Source: Trueperaceae bacterium
GTDB taxonomy: Bacteria; Deinococcota; Deinococci; Deinococcales; Trueperaceae
Length of the DNA: 64,000 nucleotides
Reading direction: 5' to 3'
NCBI GenBank assembly: GCA_965213925.1
Contig: OZ243927.1
Location: 1,024,001-1,088,000, forward strand
Shown here: piece after piece, positions 29,160-37,734 of the stretch
How the letters are laid out: each line of letters begins with the position of its first letter
How positions within the stretch are numbered: the stretch's first letter is position 1
The notes under the pieces: generated by a model
Database searches by the model: none
What the model was told of the DNA's origin: nothing
What the model saw: only the letters and a program-made list of their open reading frames with translations
Translations under genes and position numbers: made by a program

Positions 29160-31529
29160 CTAAGGTATCGCTTTGGCGAGGTCGTTAAAGCGCACGTGCG
29201 CGTTGTGAAACTGAAGCTCTACCGTGCCGACGGGTCCGTTGCGCTGCTTGCCAATAATAATCTCGGCGATACCCTGTTTTTCGCTGTGGGGATCGTAGTA
29301 TTCGTCGCGGTAGATGAACATGACTAGATCTGCGTCCTGCTCAATTGCTCCGCTTTCGCGCAAATCCGAGAGCATAGGGCGTTTGTTGGGGCGGCTCTCG
29401 ACCGCCCTCGAGAGCTGCGAGAGAACAATCACGGGAATATCGAGTTCGCGTGCTAGAAGCTTGAGTCCCCGCGAAATCGTCGAAATCTCTTGCTGCCGGT
29501 TTTCGCCCAGACCCCCACGCCCACTGCCGCTCATAAGCTGCAAGTAGTCGATGATGATGAGCCCTAGATCGTGCTCCGCCATGAGCCTGCGGGCACGGCT
29601 GCGCAGTTCCATCACGGTCATGTCAGCGGCGTCGTCAATGAAGATATTCGCCTCGGAAATTTTGCCCGCCGTATCTGCGAGTCGCTGAAAATCGCGCTCG
29701 GAGAGTTGACCGTTGCGCACACGGCTCATGTCCACGCGGGCCTCACTGCAGAGCATCCGGGTGACAAGTTGAACGGCGGACATCTCGAGGTTGAAAATGC
29801 CCACCGTTTTGCCTTCGCGCAGGGCGACGTTTTGACCAATTGTCAGGGCAAAGGCGGTGTTATGCGTAACCGTCATGTCCTCTAATAAGAAAAGTCCGTC
29901 ACCATGTAAGGTGAAGCCGTAGTAGTCATCCACCTTATCCGGCTCAACTGAGATACCCGTAACTTGCCAATCCTTGCGGTCTGACCAACTCGCCGCTTTC
30001 TTACGTGGCACACGCACCGGAATCTCATCTACGTTGCCGTTAAAACGCACGCGGTAGACCTCGCACTGATAGGGTTCTACGTTCTCTCGTATCAACGTTG
30101 CTGTTTTGCTGTTCAAAGAGGTGCGGTAGCCCAGCGAATCGCAGAGGTACTTAATTTGCTTGGCGAGAGGCTCTAGCTTCGTCGTAATCTCATAAGGTCC
30201 GTTTTGACCCGAGAGGTAATGCCCATCTGAATCTATCAAACCTGCGAGAAGCTCTAACCTACAGCGTTTTGAATTGTGAAGATATACATCAGGAATATGT
30301 TTATGTCCAAGTAAACCAAGCGAGGCGAGCTGACCCTGTAAAGATAATGCTGCATCCTCCGCCGAGCCCCCACGCTGACCTCTTGTGATGGCGTAGCTCG
30401 GACAGCGCTCCCCTTGCGCGTCCACGCTTACGCGCAGCTCGAGACGCTCAGCATAACTATAGAGATAATCTACAACCTCTTGGTCCTGCATTGTGATTCT
30501 AACGCTATTTGTTGCGCCGTCGCCTAGCCATAAGCCGAGAAAATAAGGCTCGACAGGAACAGGTACTTCCAAAAGCTCAATCCCGACCTTATAGCCTTTG
30601 AAGTTACTTCTGAATTTATCGCTCTTGCTGAGCCATTCCTTTATAGACAGGTTGACGACCTCGCCCTTGTTCGGGTTGCGGCTGCGTTTGAGTGACAAGA
30701 TGTGACTCTTGTTGACTCGGTAATCCATCCCGTGACGCTGCCGCACCCACACCATCTGCTCGCGACCTCTTGCTAAAGAGGTCACATAACGCGGGCACGA
30801 ATCCGGTCCCATCAGCACGTCACCGACGCGCACGTCTTCGACCTTTTTAAGCGAACCGTCAAACATCACCACGCGCGTGCCTTTGCCTAAACACTTACCC
30901 ATAGCCGGACGCGCCGCCAACACGTTCAGTGTGCTTGGTTGCAAGCCCGCCGTCAAAATATCGAGTTCCTTGAAGCCTGTGCGCAAACCTGAAATCGGGT
31001 CGGGGTTATTGAACAGCTCGTTGATGTAGTTAAAGGTATCCGTGACGAGCGTGCCCATGCCCTCGAAAGCGTGGGAGCGTTTGCTGCTCGAGAGTTCGAA
31101 GATACCCGCCTCGGCTTTATCCAAAACTTGCTCGATGGGGAGCGCTTGGTCGTACGCAGTCTGCATAATCTGACCGCTCGCCGCAATGAGGTCGCGCAGA
31201 ATCGCCTTTTCGGAGACGATTTTCGCGTAGCTCTCGGCGTAGGCGGCAGTCGGGACCTCGTCCGCCAAGCCGATGAGGTACGGCACGCTGCCCACGGCTT
31301 CTAGCTCGCCCGTCTGCCTAAGCTCCTCGGTGAGCGTGACCAAGTCCATCGGCTCGCTGCGGCGAAAGAGGCGCTCGCAGGCGCGGTAAATCTTGCGGTG
31401 GCTCTCCTTATAGAAGTGCTCGGGCGTGATGGAGCCCTCTAACGCCCCGAACACCTCGTTGTCGATGAGAATACTTCCTAAAACGCTCTTCTCGGCTTCT
31501 AAGTTATGAGGGGCAGTGCGCATCTCCAC
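29160..31529 (-). CDS. dnaB: Replicative DNA helicase DnaB precursor containing an intein
   Basis: PHNLEAEKSVLG, AARPAMGK|intein|TAFAL, IIDYLQLM, LSQLSR, SDLRESGAIEQDAD. Confidence 0.97.
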   Translation of the reverse strand: MEMRTAPHNLEAEKSVLGSILIDNEVFGALEGSITPEHFYKESHRKIYRACERLFRRSEPMDLVTLTEELRQTGELEAVGSVPYLIGLADEVPTAAYAESYAKIVSEKAILRDLIAASGQIMQTAYDQALPIEQVLDKAEAGIFELSSSKRSHAFEGMGTLVTDTFNYINELFNNPDPISGLRTGFKELDILTAGLQPSTLNVLAARPAMGKCLGKGTRVVMFDGSLKKVEDVRVGDVLMGPDSCPRYVTSLARGREQMVWVRQRHGMDYRVNKSHILSLKRSRNPNKGEVVNLSIKEWLSKSDKFRSNFKGYKVGIELLEVPVPVEPYFLGLWLGDGATNSVRITMQDQEVVDYLYSYAERLELRVSVDAQGERCPSYAITRGQRGGSAEDAALSLQGQLASLGLLGHKHIPDVYLHNSKRCRLELLAGLIDSDGHYLSGQNGPYEITTKLEPLAKQIKYLCDSLGYRTSLNSKTATLIRENVEPYQCEVYRVRFNGNVDEIPVRVPRKKAASWSDRKDWQVTGISVEPDKVDDYYGFTLHGDGLFLLEDMTVTHNTAFALTIGQNVALREGKTVGIFNLEMSAVQLVTRMLCSEARVDMSRVRNGQLSERDFQRLADTAGKISEANIFIDDAADMTVMELRSRARRLMAEHDLGLIIIDYLQLMSGSGRGGLGENRQQEISTISRGLKLLARELDIPVIVLSQLSRAVESRPNKRPMLSDLRESGAIEQDADLVMFIYRDEYYDPHSEKQGIAEIIIGKQRNGPVGTVELQFHNAHVRFNDLAKAIP
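29859..30893 (-). mobile_element. 345-aa intein with LAGLIDADG homing endonuclease in the DnaB P-loop
   Basis: Starts CLGKGT after GK, ends VTHN before T; blocks FLGLWLGDG and LLAGLIDSDG; codon usage looks more AT-rich than the exteins. Confidence 0.95.
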
Positions 31530-31684
31530 GATGAGGAATTGTAACCGGAAAGGGGTTTTCGATACGTGAGTGTAGAGCTTGACTTAGAGGGGCGCGGTGT
31601 GGTGTCAGCCGCCGACCTCTTTATGGAAGTGCGTATGTGACGGCGTTTCTAACTTCGAGAGGTAGTGCAACCTCTTGCGAACGG

Positions 31685-32158
31685 TTAAGAGTGGGGCTCG
31701 AGTCCAGAATTGCGGTAGAGCACCCGAAACCGCTCGCACTCTAAAAGCATCTCCTCATGGAAAGAAGCACCATCTTGCTCAGCTTCGCGCGTGAAAAAGT
31801 CTCGGTGCGCCTCACGCCAGTACGCTAAGCTCCGGTCTCCCTCCCCTTCATCGAAGGCAAACTGCGCGTCCACGTTGCAGAAGCGGCGCACGGTAATCTC
31901 GTACGTTTCGCAGAGGCAAAGAGGTCGCCCGTTGCCATTAAGGACGATCCAGAGACCCGAGTAGTCTAAGAAGTTTTCGCCTAGATAACGTTCGCACGTC
32001 GCTGTTTTAGTGCCGTCAAAAACGAGTTTACCTAGTTCATCTGCCATTTTAGGACCGTCCCCGAACCCATCGGCTTCGGGTAAGGGGTGAAGCTGGTGCG
32101 GATGATGGTCTGGAAGCGTCGCAAGATAAGTTTGCCAGAATGCTTCTACAATTGCCAT
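31685..32158 (-). CDS. ASCH domain protein
   Basis: FGD..MADEL..LV..G.KTAT, FA..EGEGD.SL.YWR.AH. Confidence 0.92.
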   Translation of the reverse strand: MAIVEAFWQTYLATLPDHHPHQLHPLPEADGFGDGPKMADELGKLVFDGTKTATCERYLGENFLDYSGLWIVLNGNGRPLCLCETYEITVRRFCNVDAQFAFDEGEGDRSLAYWREAHRDFFTREAEQDGASFHEEMLLECERFRVLYRNSGLEPHS

Positions 32159-32242
32159 AGGGTAAGTTTACAGGGTCTCGAGCGTCACCCCTACATCCGA
32201 ATAAGGGATGGTCTCTTCTTCAGAGTAAGGCAACTGCAAGAA

Positions 32243-33439
32243 TTACGTCTCAGAACGCTGCTCATAGATACTTAAAGCCCGGTCCAAAATAATATCCGCG
32301 AGGTCGCGCTTGCTCATCAGGGAGAGTTCTTCCGCCTTTTCATCCGCTGTTACAATCGTAACTCTATTCGTATCGCCGCCGAACGCCGTGCTCTCTTGGG
32401 TAGGGTAGTTGAGGCAGATGAACTCGAGCTTTTTGCGCTTTGCCTTGTCCGCCGCTCGCTCTACCCCTTGATGCGTCTCCATCGCAAAGCCGACCATGAT
32501 TTGCTGCGCTTTGCGTTTGGACAAGGTTTCTAAAATATCGGGCGTTCGCTCTAACGATAAGGTCTGCTCTTCGCCCGACTTTGCTTGTTTCTCGGTGGCG
32601 ATATCGGCGGCTCGCCAGTCAGCGACGGCGGCGCTCATAATGAGGATAGAAGCGTCGTCAAAGTGGGCGGAGAGTGCCTCTAACATCTCCTCAGCGCTTT
32701 CGACTTCTAGCCGCTCTACCCCTCGAGGTTTAGTGAGAGATGTCGGACCGCTCACGAGCGTCACCTGTGCGCCGCGCCCTGCCGCCGCTTCCGCTAATGC
32801 GTAGCCCATGCGTCCACTACTCGGGTTAGAGATAAAGCGCACGGGGTCGAGGTATTCCCTTGTGGGTCCGGCGGAGACGAGGACGCGGTGTCCTTGTAAA
32901 TCACTTTTGAAGAGGTCGCTTAGCTGCGCGACAATCTCTTCAGGCTCGACCATCCGCCCGACGCCTTCCCCCTCGCCTTTGGCGGCGAGCTTGCCCGCAG
33001 TTGGACCGATGAAGTGATGTCCAAACGCCCTTAATGTCTCTACGTTGCGCTCCACGGCTGGATGACGCCACATCTCGGTGTTCATGGCGGGAGCCCAGAT
33101 GACGTTAGGAATGCCTGCGAGGATGAGCGCGGAGACGACGTCGTCTCCGCGCCCTGTCGCGGCACTTGCGAGCGCGTCGGCGGTGGCGGGCGCGACGAGG
33201 AGAGCGTCCGCCCAACGCGCCCAGTCGATATGTCTTGCTTGACCGTCCGGCGCGAACCACGCCTCACGGTCAAAAACTTCACCGCCCGCTGCGACTGCGA
33301 GCGAGAGTTTGGTGACGAAGTAAAGGGCGTCGTCCGTCGTCGCCACGCGGACTTCATGCCCCGCTTCTTGCAGGCGGCGCAGAAGGGACGGGGTTTTGAG
33401 GGCGGCGACGCCTCCAGACGCGGCGACGATGATGTTCAT
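32243..33439 (-). CDS. coaBC: Phosphopantothenoylcysteine decarboxylase/ligase
   Basis: APATA, PAMN..MW, GRM.EP, SAGPTRE.LDPVRFISN.SSG.MG, AAVAD, VGFA.ET. Confidence 0.97.
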   Translation of the reverse strand: MNIIVAASGGVAALKTPSLLRRLQEAGHEVRVATTDDALYFVTKLSLAVAAGGEVFDREAWFAPDGQARHIDWARWADALLVAPATADALASAATGRGDDVVSALILAGIPNVIWAPAMNTEMWRHPAVERNVETLRAFGHHFIGPTAGKLAAKGEGEGVGRMVEPEEIVAQLSDLFKSDLQGHRVLVSAGPTREYLDPVRFISNPSSGRMGYALAEAAAGRGAQVTLVSGPTSLTKPRGVERLEVESAEEMLEALSAHFDDASILIMSAAVADWRAADIATEKQAKSGEEQTLSLERTPDILETLSKRKAQQIMVGFAMETHQGVERAADKAKRKKLEFICLNYPTQESTAFGGDTNRVTIVTADEKAEELSLMSKRDLADIILDRALSIYEQRSET

Positions 33440-33456
33440 CGAATGAGAGGAAGAGG

Positions 33457-33765
33457 TTACTTGTCTTCGTCGTCGTTGGCTGCGCTCGAGACGCTGTACC
33501 CGCTCGGCTCCTCGCGCCTTTCACGCTCGACCACCTGCTTGAGTTCGCCCAAGCTCGGCAGGTCGTCGCCCCAGAGGATGCCCGCGTGCGTTTCTAACTC
33601 CTTCATCGCCACGGTAACGGTATTGCGCGTCTGCGGGTACTCGTCGGCGTCTAGCGTTGTGGGAATGCCCGCTTTGAGCTGCGCTGCGCGGCGCGCGGTA
33701 ATCATCGAGAGCTTGTAGCGCGAGTCGGTCAGCGCCATCAGATCGTCAAAGCCTTCTTGTGCCAT
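33457..33765 (-). CDS. rpoZ: RNA polymerase omega subunit
   Basis: DSRYKL....ARRA.QL, N.VT.A..EL; gmk-rpoZ-coaBC synteny. Confidence 0.93.
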   Translation of the reverse strand: MAQEGFDDLMALTDSRYKLSMITARRAAQLKAGIPTTLDADEYPQTRNTVTVAMKELETHAGILWGDDLPSLGELKQVVERERREEPSGYSVSSAANDDEDK

Positions 33766-33930
33766 ATTATGGGTCTCCTTAATACATCATATACGGGTTT
33801 GGAATAGGGCTACTTTTAGGAGCAATCCAGTCAAGCTGGTGTACGTAAGTCCTCACGTAGTGAACGAACGGTGAGCAATGAGTTAAAAGATTTTGGTTTT
33901 CACTCATTGCTCGTTCCTCATTGCTGTCTT

Positions 33931-34545
33931 CTAAAGTTCGCGTAGAAAGTTCGCAATGTCTTTCTGCGTTAAGTGCTCGGTGCGAGCACGCTCAGCGTAA
34001 ATGATACTGCAAAAGTCGCGAACGGCTGTCTCGAGCGTATCATTGACCACCACATAGTCGAACTCTTTCACCGCGCGAATCTCTTCGCGGGCGCGGGCTA
34101 GACGCTTTTGAATGCGCTCTTCGGAGTCGGTGCCGCGTCCGCGTAGGCGGCGTTCTAGCTCGCTCAGGCTGGGCGGCGCGATAAAGACCATGACCGCCTC
34201 GTCGATTTTGCGCTTGACCTCTCTTGCGCCAACGAGTTCGAGTTCTAAAAGGACGTCTTGACCTCTCGCCAAGGCTTCACGTACGGGTGCGGCGGGCGTG
34301 CCGTAGTAGTCGCCGACGTATTCGGCGTGCTCGAGCAGCTCGTCCGCCTCGATCATCTCTTGAAACGCCTCCTTCTCGTAGAAGAAGTACTGCTTACCGT
34401 GAACCTCACCGGGACGACGCGCGCGTGTGGTGGCGGAGATAGAGAAGTAGAGGTTGCCTAGGTCGGGCAGCGCAGCTTGGCGAATCGTGTCCTTGCCGAC
34501 GCCCGACGCGCCCGTCATCACGAAGAGGGTGCCGGAGCGTTTCAC
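33931..34545 (-). CDS. gmk: Guanylate kinase
   Basis: TGASGVGK, SATTR..RPGE.HG..Y.F, YYGT, RL.GRGTDS. Start placed at GTG 34545 rather than the ORF-track start. Confidence 0.96.
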   Translation of the reverse strand: MKRSGTLFVMTGASGVGKDTIRQAALPDLGNLYFSISATTRARRPGEVHGKQYFFYEKEAFQEMIEADELLEHAEYVGDYYGTPAAPVREALARGQDVLLELELVGAREVKRKIDEAVMVFIAPPSLSELERRLRGRGTDSEERIQKRLARAREEIRAVKEFDYVVVNDTLETAVRDFCSIIYAERARTEHLTQKDIANFLREL

Positions 34546-34817
34546 GAAATAAGGGTGAGAGGAATTACATTGCGAGGTTGGGCAGAGAGGTGCATGGCAG
34601 AAATGTAACATAACGGCGTCCTTACGCGCAGCGCCTCGGGGCTGATTCGGATTTTTCACACGCCTTGCTACCTGGGGCCCCTTATCCTAGACACCAGTGT
34701 CCTCGAGCCAGGAGGCGGTTGGGTCAAAAGGCTGGGGGGAAACTCCAAGAGAGAGTGACGACGTTATGAAGACGAACTGCGCAGTGCATATCCTAAAAGG
34801 TGACGGGGCGGACCGCT

Positions 34818-35804
34818 ATGGCTAACGAAGTGTACACCCGGGCGCTGGCAGGGGTGCAAAACCTCGTTTCGGCGAAGGCGGCAAACCGCGCCCTAGCGAA
34901 CGCCCTCAAAGCGAAAGGGGAAACCCCGGACACGGTCGACGCCGAGGTGATGAGCCGCATTTTGCTAGGTCCTATTTTAAGCGAGTTCGAAACCATCTTG
35001 CCGCGCGAGGGGCTCAAGAAGCAACTGCGCAACCTAGCGGCGAGCTTGCGTAAGAACTTCCCCAAAGCTGCTCCCGAAGTGCCACAAGAGGTGGAGGCGC
35101 AAGACGCGGTCACAGCCGAAGAGGTCGTCGTCTTTGCGGAGGATTCGCATGAGGACTACGCGGAGGAGAGAGAAGAGGACGCGCTGGGGTTAGAAGCCCG
35201 AACCGACCCCGGCTTCGTCTACCAGACGAACGCACTCAGCGAAGTGCCTGAGAGCTTAGACCTCATCTTTTCGGTCTCCTCTACGGGCGAGCGCAGAACG
35301 CCGCAAGCGCCTGAAGCGGTGCGCAAGCCGGAGCCTATTCAGACTAGCGCGGTTATCGAGGTTCCCACTGAGCCCTTCGAACTCCCCACCGAATTCTTAG
35401 AGCACGCTTTTGAAAGCGAACCCGAGCCCGCTACGCCCACATCCACTGTGCCTACACCCACTGCGCCTGCGAGTGCGCCGCTTTCGCAAGCGCAGCTCGA
35501 GGCGGCCGTTTTGCGCTTCGCGCAGCTCGAGCAGGTCAGGTTTGTCGCGGCGCTCCGCGCAGGTGGTGAGGTCGCGGCGAGGCGCGGCAGCGGTATCGAT
35601 GTGGACGCTCTGGCGCAACTCGGTCTCGTCGGGCTCAAGCTTTTGCGCCGCAGTGGTCCGCTACGCACCTACTACCTCGCTCACACCCAGGGACAGCTCT
35701 TTTTGCTCCCGCTTGGAGAAGATACGCTCACGCTCGTCGGCACGCCCGAACTCAACGTCGGCGCTGTTTTTAACACGCTCGCTAGTCTCAAGGAGGAAAA
35801 ATGA
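34818..35804 (+). CDS. Hypothetical protein with a probable C-terminal Roadblock/LC7 domain
   Basis: Acidic/Pro linker, C-terminal beta-rich end ..LTLVGTPELNVGAVF; N-domain paralogous to 37735..39897. Confidence 0.7.
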   Translation: MANEVYTRALAGVQNLVSAKAANRALANALKAKGETPDTVDAEVMSRILLGPILSEFETILPREGLKKQLRNLAASLRKNFPKAAPEVPQEVEAQDAVTAEEVVVFAEDSHEDYAEEREEDALGLEARTDPGFVYQTNALSEVPESLDLIFSVSSTGERRTPQAPEAVRKPEPIQTSAVIEVPTEPFELPTEFLEHAFESEPEPATPTSTVPTPTAPASAPLSQAQLEAAVLRFAQLEQVRFVAALRAGGEVAARRGSGIDVDALAQLGLVGLKLLRRSGPLRTYYLAHTQGQLFLLPLGEDTLTLVGTPELNVGAVFNTLASLKEEK

Positions 35805-37728
35805 TTCGCCGCACGGTTTACCTTTCACTGCTACTCGGGGTTCTCGCCCTGCTCCCTTTCACGTTCGCCCAGTCTTCGGGCACCCAGTCTTCGGGCATCC
35901 AGTCTTCGGGCATCCAGTCTTCGGGCGCTCAGGCTCAAGACGACCTCTTAAACACCTACCAGGAAGCGTTCGCCGCGCTTAACACCAGCGTTAAAGCGTT
36001 GCCGAATGACAGCGCGCTAAGTGCGGAGCAGCTCGAGCGCGCCGAACTCGGGCTCACCGCCCTCGCCGACAACGCACCCGCCCCCCTCATCAGTGGGCTC
36101 AGCGATACCTTCGGACGTGCCCGCGACGCCATTCGCAACCGCTCGCAGGTGGACCTCGCTGTTCAAGCGGCGGTCCTTAAAGGCGGCTTTCACCGCCTCG
36201 TCTACGAAGCGGCGCTCCAGGACGCCGCCACAGGCAACCTCGCACGTGCCAGCGCCGACTCACGCAACTCGCCACCGACATGGGTCTCTCCGCCGAAACG
36301 AGCAGCGCCTTAGAGGAGGCGCAGACGCGCCGCAATCTGCAAGCGACTTTTGAAGCGGGCATCGCTGAAACTATCAGCGCGCGCCTCGCCACGACGAGCG
36401 AAGTCGCCGCGACGGACACGAACTTCGCGTATCAGGCGATCGCGCAAGCTTACGGCAAGTTCATTCCCGTGCAGGATTCGCCGCGCTTGCCCGAAGAAAC
36501 GGCGGACACCTTTGTGAGCGCTTTCGGCGCGTTGGTCGGTGCGCAGAGCGAGGCACTTAGCACGCAAGTCGCGCAGCTCAGCGAGCAGATGCGAGCGTTC
36601 GAGAACGCGGCGGACGCCGTGCTCAATCCGAACGCGACCAGCACTTCTGCCGAAGCCACCAGTGACGCGCAAGTCGCGCAGCTAGGTGAGCAAGCGCAAG
36701 CTTTGGAAATCGCCGCCGCCAATCCCGAGGTCAACCCCAGCGCCAGCGCAGGTACGGCCGAAGTCGCTAGCACCGCGCAGGAAATCTCTCAGCAAGCCCA
36801 GCAAGTCGCACAGCAAGATGCACAGCAAAACTCGGAAGGAGCGACCTCAGACGGAGAGGCGTCCGCGGCGGCTCAGCCGGACGCGCTCAGCCTCGAGCTG
36901 CAAACCTACGCTCTCGCGGCTAGCCCATTAGAGCGCCTAGCGTCAGCGTACCGCGCTGAGGGCTTCACCAGCGTGCAAGACGCGCTCGACAGCCTCTACG
37001 CAACGGGAGCCAAGGCGCTCGCCGCCGCCCAACTCGGCGACGCGACCGGCGCACAAGTTATCGTTGGTGAGTTCGGTGCAGACTTCCGCACCTTTATCGC
37101 CCCTCTCTTGAGTGACGACAGCGTGCGCAGCACGACGGACAGCCTCGTCGAAGGCTTGCAGAACTCGCCCGCGCTGCGTCCGCAGGACTTGAGCGTTTTG
37201 CTCGGTCAGGTCGGCGTCGTGGCGAGCAGCTTGCAGGGCGGCGAGCCTTCCCTAGCGAGCCGCCTCTCGGCGAGCGTCGGGCTCTTCTGGATGGGACCGG
37301 TTCGCCTCAGCATCATGATCATCTTGTGCTTCTTCGCGTTCGTGCCGCTCTACCTCCTCAACCTCGCCTTCGGCGGCGGCAACCGCAACTGGCAGTACAT
37401 CGGCGTGGCGCTCCTTTTGCTCCTCTTGCCCGTCATCTTCGAAGGCTTGAGCTTTATCGGCTCGGCGATCGCGACCTTCGCGGGCGTTGGGGCGCTCGCG
37501 CCCGCCGCGACGCTCTCCATCTTCCAAACGCCGGTCGCGCGCGTCGCCTGGGCTATGGTCACGGCTGTCGCCATCGCGTTTGCGAGCATCGGGCTCTACG
37601 GCATCTGCGTGCAGTTCGGCTTGCTCGGCAAGCAGGAAGACCCGAGCGAAACCTCCGCGACGGACACCCAGCTCTACCTCACCTCGGAAGGTCCGGACAC
37701 CGCCATCGACTGGGACGACGAGTTTTAA
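35801..37728 (+). pseudogene. Exported/membrane protein split by a single-base frameshift near 36255
   Basis: ORFs 35801..36313 and 36280..37728 join into about 642 aa if one C is restored (..ASA-RLTQLATD-MGL..); signal peptide at the N-terminus, TMs at the C-terminus. Confidence 0.7.
35869..35926 (+). repeat. 15-bp in-frame tandem repeat, about 4 copies (QSSG[T/I])
   Basis: CCAGTCTTCGGGCA[C/T] units. Confidence 0.9.
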
Positions 37729-37734
37729 GGTATT

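Noticed and set aside
34546..34659. ORF-track N-terminal extension of gmk (similar extensions at 11667, 44753 and 51543)
   Set aside because: The extensions are not protein-like. Family motifs, signal peptides or RBSs point to the downstream starts.
35869..35926. Tandem repeat as a CRISPR array
   Set aside because: The 15-bp units have no spacers, are in-frame within a CDS, and no cas genes are present. No CRISPR array was seen anywhere in the window.
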